Assembly: GCA_963822965.1 (NCBI GenBank) | Contig: CAWGJT010000010.1 | Span: forward strand, 256,001-320,000 | Direction of reading: 5' to 3' | Length of the DNA: 64,000 bases | Source: an uncultured delta proteobacterium | GTDB lineage: Bacteria; Myxococcota_A; UBA9160; UBA4427 | Shown here: positions 59,936 to 64,000 of the stretch, one piece after another | Numbering within the stretch: the first letter of the stretch is position 1 | Layout: each line of letters starts with the position of its first letter | Notes under the pieces: generated by a model | Databases searched by the model: none | What the model was told of the DNA's origin: nothing | Seen by the model: only the letters and a program-made list of their open reading frames with translations | Made by a program: the position numbers and the translations under genes

Positions 59936-60898
59936 TCAGGCGGGACGACGAGCCGAGGCGATGAACGTGTCGGGCAGGTCCCTGCTGCGCGGCGCCGAGT
60001 CCTCGACCTCGATGCGGGGGTCGCCGAGACCGGCCTGCTGGAACCAGTCCCGGACCGTCTCCTCGGGAAAGCCCAGCCAGACCACCCGAAGCTCCTGTCG
60101 CATCCACTCGTGCTCGTGCTGCAGGAAGTCCACGACCACCACCGAGCCGCCGGGCTTCACGATGCGCGCCATCTCGCGCAGGGCCTCGGCGGGGGAGGGC
60201 AGGTAGTGGAGCACCATGTGGGCGAAGGCGGCGTCCACGTCGCCGTCTGCGATGGGGAGCCGATGGGCTTCGCCCCGGCGCAGCTCGATGCCGGCGAGCC
60301 CCGCCTCCTCGAACTTCACCCGGGCCGCGTCGAGCATGCGCGAGGAGTTGTCGATGCCGATCACGCGCAGCCCGAGGCGGGCCAGCTCCGTGGCGAGGAT
60401 GCCCGTTCCGGTGCCGATGTCCGCCACCCGGAGATCGGGCGGGATCATGCGGTTGACGGCCCGCGCGCGCAGCACGTCGTCGTGGAAGACCTTGCGCAGG
60501 GCGTCCCACTCCGGTCCCACCGCGTCGAAGAAGCTGCGCGACCGCTCGCCGCGCGCCTCCAGGGTGCGCTCGAGGGCGGCGAGGTCGCGCTGGGCGGTGG
60601 GGTCGTTCTCCAGCCGCTGGCGCACGAGCATCCAGGCGTCGTGCCAGGCGCCGGCGTCCGGGGGCACGAAGCGGTAGGCGACGTAGGTCCCGTCCCGGCG
60701 GTCCGCCAGCAGCCCGGCCTCGCGCAGGATCGCCAGGTGACGCGACACCCGGGACTGGGCCATCCCGAGGACAGCCATCAGCTCCTGGACCACCAGCTCC
60801 TCGCGCTCGAGCAGGCTCAGGATGCGCATGCGCGTGGGATCGGAGAGGGTCTTGAAGACCCGCTGGAGCTCGTCGGCGGCGGTTTGGTGGCCGGCCAT
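59936..60898 (-). CDS. ArsR HTH + SAM-binding domain regulator (SahR-like)
   Basis: FKTLSDPTRMRIL, QSRVSRHL; DIGTGTG, HMVLHY, WLGF. Confidence 0.85.
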   Translation of the reverse strand: MAGHQTAADELQRVFKTLSDPTRMRILSLLEREELVVQELMAVLGMAQSRVSRHLAILREAGLLADRRDGTYVAYRFVPPDAGAWHDAWMLVRQRLENDPTAQRDLAALERTLEARGERSRSFFDAVGPEWDALRKVFHDDVLRARAVNRMIPPDLRVADIGTGTGILATELARLGLRVIGIDNSSRMLDAARVKFEEAGLAGIELRRGEAHRLPIADGDVDAAFAHMVLHYLPSPAEALREMARIVKPGGSVVVVDFLQHEHEWMRQELRVVWLGFPEETVRDWFQQAGLGDPRIEVEDSAPRSRDLPDTFIASARRPA

Positions 60899-61762
60899 TC
60901 AGCGGACCACCGGCTTGGAGAGGGTGCCGCTCACGGTGAGGTGGGTGCGACCGTCGGGACCCGGCCGGCCGCGGGCTCCCAGCATGCCGGCCAGGCTGGC
61001 GTCGTGTACCTCGTAGGCGACGTCGATGGACAGGGGCTGCCGGGAGGGATCGGGCGCCTTCCCGACCCGGCCTTCGATGCTCGCGCCCACCAGGGGCCCT
61101 TCGAGCTCCACCCCCGAGAGCTTCAGGTACGAGTCGTCTCCGAAGAGGAGCTCTCCGTGCAGGCGATCGAAGGGCAGGGCGATGGGCAGCGAATCGGTGC
61201 TGAGGCTGCCCTCGCGCACGTCGAAGTCCACCGTCCCCAGCAGGCCGCCGCCCGCCTCCTCGCCCACCGCGTGCAGGTCGACGTCGGCGTCGAGCAGACC
61301 GTCGAGGCCGATCGACGCGAGCATCTCGAGGGGCAGGTAGGAGAGACGCACCGCCTCCAGCCGCCCCTGCCAGCCGCCGTTCTCGCCCAGGGTGACGGTG
61401 CCGAAGGCACTGCCCACCTGGCTCGTCAGGTCGAGGTGGACCGCCGGGATGCCGCGGAGCCAGGCCAGCGACCACGCGGGCCGCAGCACCAGCTCCTCGA
61501 CCTCGAAGGCGCGGGCTCCCTCGCGTCCCGCGACCACCTCCCGGGCCGCGAGCCCGGGGCCCAGCAGGCCGAGGTGGGGGGAGAGCTCGCCGATGCGCAG
61601 GCGGAGGTCCAGCGAGGACCCGACGGCGTCGCCCAGGCGCATGGCGAGCAGGTTGTACGGAAAGCCCAGGAAGACGAAGAACGCCGTCAGGAGGAGGGCC
61701 GCGACGGGGTAGGAGACGACCCGCAGCCAGCGGGGCACCCGGGATGCCGGATCGGCAGCCAT
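60899..61762 (-). CDS. gspN: Type II secretion system protein N
   Basis: N-terminal TM + FPY, beta-rich body, C-terminal SGTLSKP; follows gspM. Confidence 0.75.
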   Translation of the reverse strand: MAADPASRVPRWLRVVSYPVAALLLTAFFVFLGFPYNLLAMRLGDAVGSSLDLRLRIGELSPHLGLLGPGLAAREVVAGREGARAFEVEELVLRPAWSLAWLRGIPAVHLDLTSQVGSAFGTVTLGENGGWQGRLEAVRLSYLPLEMLASIGLDGLLDADVDLHAVGEEAGGGLLGTVDFDVREGSLSTDSLPIALPFDRLHGELLFGDDSYLKLSGVELEGPLVGASIEGRVGKAPDPSRQPLSIDVAYEVHDASLAGMLGARGRPGPDGRTHLTVSGTLSKPVVR

Positions 61763-61783
61763 CTCAGCGCAGCTCCGCCCGCA

Positions 61784-62335
61784 TCAGATGGCCTCGAAGG
61801 AGGAGACCGTGAACGCCACCTCGAGCATGTCGTTCTGATCGGGGCGCGTCTTGATCCGCAGACCCTTGACGGAGAACTGGCGCGGCGAGGACTCGATGCT
61901 GTGCAGGAAGCTCACCACCTGGGTCAGGGTGACGTTCTTGAGCGAGACCTCGACGCGCGTCTCCCGGTACAGCTCGTGGTCGGGCGACTTGCGCTCCTCC
62001 ATCGAGTCGATCTTGACGCCCGCGTTCTCCGCCAGGTTCTCGAGCAGGGTGAGGGTGTTCTGGCGGTCCCGGTTGTCCCGGATGCGCTGCTCGACGCCCG
62101 CGAGGCGCGCGTTGATGGACTCGTACTCCCGCCGCAGGCGCACCATCACCTCGAGCTGCTGCTCGGCCTCCTCGACCCGCGTGTGTGCCGACTCGTTGGC
62201 CGAGAGGATCGGGTTGACGATGGCGACGAAGACCAGCCCCGCCGAGAGCAGCGCGCCGACCGCCGAGACCAGCAGGCGCTCGCGCTGGGAGAGACCGTCC
62301 CACAGGGCGAGGAGTCGCGACCAGAGCTCGCTCAC
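61784..62335 (-). CDS. gspM: Type II secretion system protein M
   Basis: WDGLSQRERLL + TM + coiled coil + ferredoxin-like domain. Confidence 0.8.
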   Translation of the reverse strand: MSELWSRLLALWDGLSQRERLLVSAVGALLSAGLVFVAIVNPILSANESAHTRVEEAEQQLEVMVRLRREYESINARLAGVEQRIRDNRDRQNTLTLLENLAENAGVKIDSMEERKSPDHELYRETRVEVSLKNVTLTQVVSFLHSIESSPRQFSVKGLRIKTRPDQNDMLEVAFTVSSFEAI

Positions 62336-63909
62336 GCGTCCTCCCCGGGGACCGCCAGGGGAATGGTCAGGTTGAAGGTCTTGCCGTCGCCCCGGCGGCT
62401 GGCCTTCACCTCCCCGTCGATCTTGGCCTCGAGGAACGGCTCGCTCCCCGCCAGCTGGGTCGTGAGCCGATCCGCGGCCTCGAAGCTCTTGGCGAACACC
62501 TTGATGCGGATCACCCGCCGGTCGATGTTGACCTCCTCGAACTTCACTTCCAGGTCGTTGGGGACGCGGCGGGACAGCTCGGCCAGCAGGTCGAGCGCCG
62601 AGTGGTTGCCGCCGTAGACGCCCAGGAAGTCCGCCCGATCCCGGGCCTTCACCCCGGCCTCGCGCATGGCGTCGACGGGATTCTCGGGAACGGGCTCACC
62701 GGGGAAGGCGTCGGCGTAGATCTGCGCGACCTGGGCCTCCATCTGCACCGCGCGGCGGGAATCCAGGGTGATCGAGGTGGCCATGGAGGCGCCCATCAGC
62801 ACGACGACCGCGGCCGCCAGGCCGGCGGTGGTGCGCATGTCGCGCCCGAAGAACTGCCGCAGGTCCGTCCGATACGCGAACTCGTCCTGGCGGAAGTTCA
62901 TGCGCGTCAGCGCCTCGGCGGTCCCGCGCAGGGCCAGGGCGATGGCGGGCGCGAAGAGAACGGGATCGCCGCCGGCCACCAGGGCGGCGCCCTCCTCTTC
63001 GGGGGGCAGCGCCAGCCGGGCCGCGGTGATGCCCGTACGCTCGCTCAGGTACTCGTCGATGCGATGGAGCTTCGCGGTGCCCCCGAAGAGGGTGATCGTG
63101 GCGACCTTCGCCTCGGGCGAGCCGCCGAGCAGGGGCTCGTAGGACTCGAGGGTGCGCACGATCTCCCGGGCGATGCGATCGACGACCGCGAGCGCCCCGG
63201 CGGACGCGCCGTTGAAGCCGAGCGTGAAGATCCCGTCCTCGATCTTCACGCGCTCGGCCTCTTCCGGGCTGCACATCCGGTCCTTGGCGATCGCCTCGGT
63301 GAGAGCGCGTCCGCCCACGGGCAGGGTCCGGGTGGCGACGGCGCGACCGTCGATGGTGAGACACAGGGTGGTCTTGCGATGCCCGATGTCGGTGAGCAGG
63401 CGGGTCCCGGGCAGGTCGAAGAGCGCCGAGAGGTTTCCGAGCACGAAGCCCTCGGCTTCGATGACGCGCGGGTCGCAGTTGGCCGCGCGCAGCTCTTCGA
63501 GGCGCTCGGCCACGTGCTTGCGCTGGGCGATGGCCACGGCCACCGTGGCCTGGTTCCGCTCGCCGCCGACGATCTCCCAGTCCACCAGGATGTCCTCGAG
63601 GCGGAAGGGAACCTCGCCCTCCACCTCGAACGGAACCGCCTGGGCCAGCTTGCGCCGGTCACGGAAGGGGAACTCGAGGCGCCGGGACGAGAGCTGGTCT
63701 CCGGGCAGCGCGCAGATCACGTGCTCGAGGGGCAGGTGGTGCATGCGGATGAAGCGGCGCAGCACCTCGCCCAGCTCCGCGTCCGCGTCGGCCCGGGGAT
63801 GCAGGCGCAGCTGGACCGGCTCGAGCCCGCGCAGCGTCTGCCGCAGCTCGACGGCCTTGATGGTGTGGGACCCGAGGTCGAGGCCCACGACGTTCTTCAT
63901 CATCGGCAT
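62332..63909 (-). CDS. gspL: Type II secretion system protein L (PilM-like actin-fold N-terminus, TM, periplasmic domain)
   Basis: GLDLGSHTIK, VPFEVE, DIGHRKT, GGTAK, MNFRQDEF then TM. Confidence 0.8.
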   Translation of the reverse strand: MPMMKNVVGLDLGSHTIKAVELRQTLRGLEPVQLRLHPRADADAELGEVLRRFIRMHHLPLEHVICALPGDQLSSRRLEFPFRDRRKLAQAVPFEVEGEVPFRLEDILVDWEIVGGERNQATVAVAIAQRKHVAERLEELRAANCDPRVIEAEGFVLGNLSALFDLPGTRLLTDIGHRKTTLCLTIDGRAVATRTLPVGGRALTEAIAKDRMCSPEEAERVKIEDGIFTLGFNGASAGALAVVDRIAREIVRTLESYEPLLGGSPEAKVATITLFGGTAKLHRIDEYLSERTGITAARLALPPEEEGAALVAGGDPVLFAPAIALALRGTAEALTRMNFRQDEFAYRTDLRQFFGRDMRTTAGLAAAVVVLMGASMATSITLDSRRAVQMEAQVAQIYADAFPGEPVPENPVDAMREAGVKARDRADFLGVYGGNHSALDLLAELSRRVPNDLEVKFEEVNIDRRVIRIKVFAKSFEAADRLTTQLAGSEPFLEAKIDGEVKASRRGDGKTFNLTIPLAVPGEDA

Positions 63910-64000
63910 GGTGTCAGCCGGCTCTCCCGATCTCCCGGGCCGGTCGCCCGGCCGGGCCCTGCGTCTTGCGCTTCCTCATGCTCACTTCTGGCCCCTGCGG

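Overview
GC-rich bacterial chromosomal window. The T2SS gspL/M/N genes, an RND adaptor remnant, lipoproteins and the yggS-proC-divIVA-yggU block point to a diderm, probably Myxococcota/deltaproteobacterial-type organism (inference). It holds housekeeping genes (serC, hemF, rsmE, moeB, uvrA, gcvT/H, folD, proC, maf, tldD/pmbA), three tRNAs (Ala-GGC, Leu-CAA, Sec-UCA) and a rubrerythrin/Fe-S/DUF3501 block. The main feature is a ~14 kb actinobacterial-style sterol side-chain degradation cluster (chsH2/H1-ltp2-fadA5-SDR, acyl-CoA dehydrogenase pair, ferredoxin, acyl-CoA synthetase, ltp3/ltp4, DUF35 pair). It has its own KstR-like repressor and five intergenic TnnAACnnGTTnnA boxes. Other leads: a MarR-linked methyltransferase + DUF455 diiron + ATP-grasp unit, a eukaryote-like (nSMase1/Isc1-type) phosphodiesterase, an RND deletion scar, an atypical tRNA-Sec with a 3' tandem array, and a dispersed double-hairpin repeat. 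Several genes have clustered frameshifts that look like sequencing/assembly errors. All calls are from motif recognition by eye; no database searches were run.
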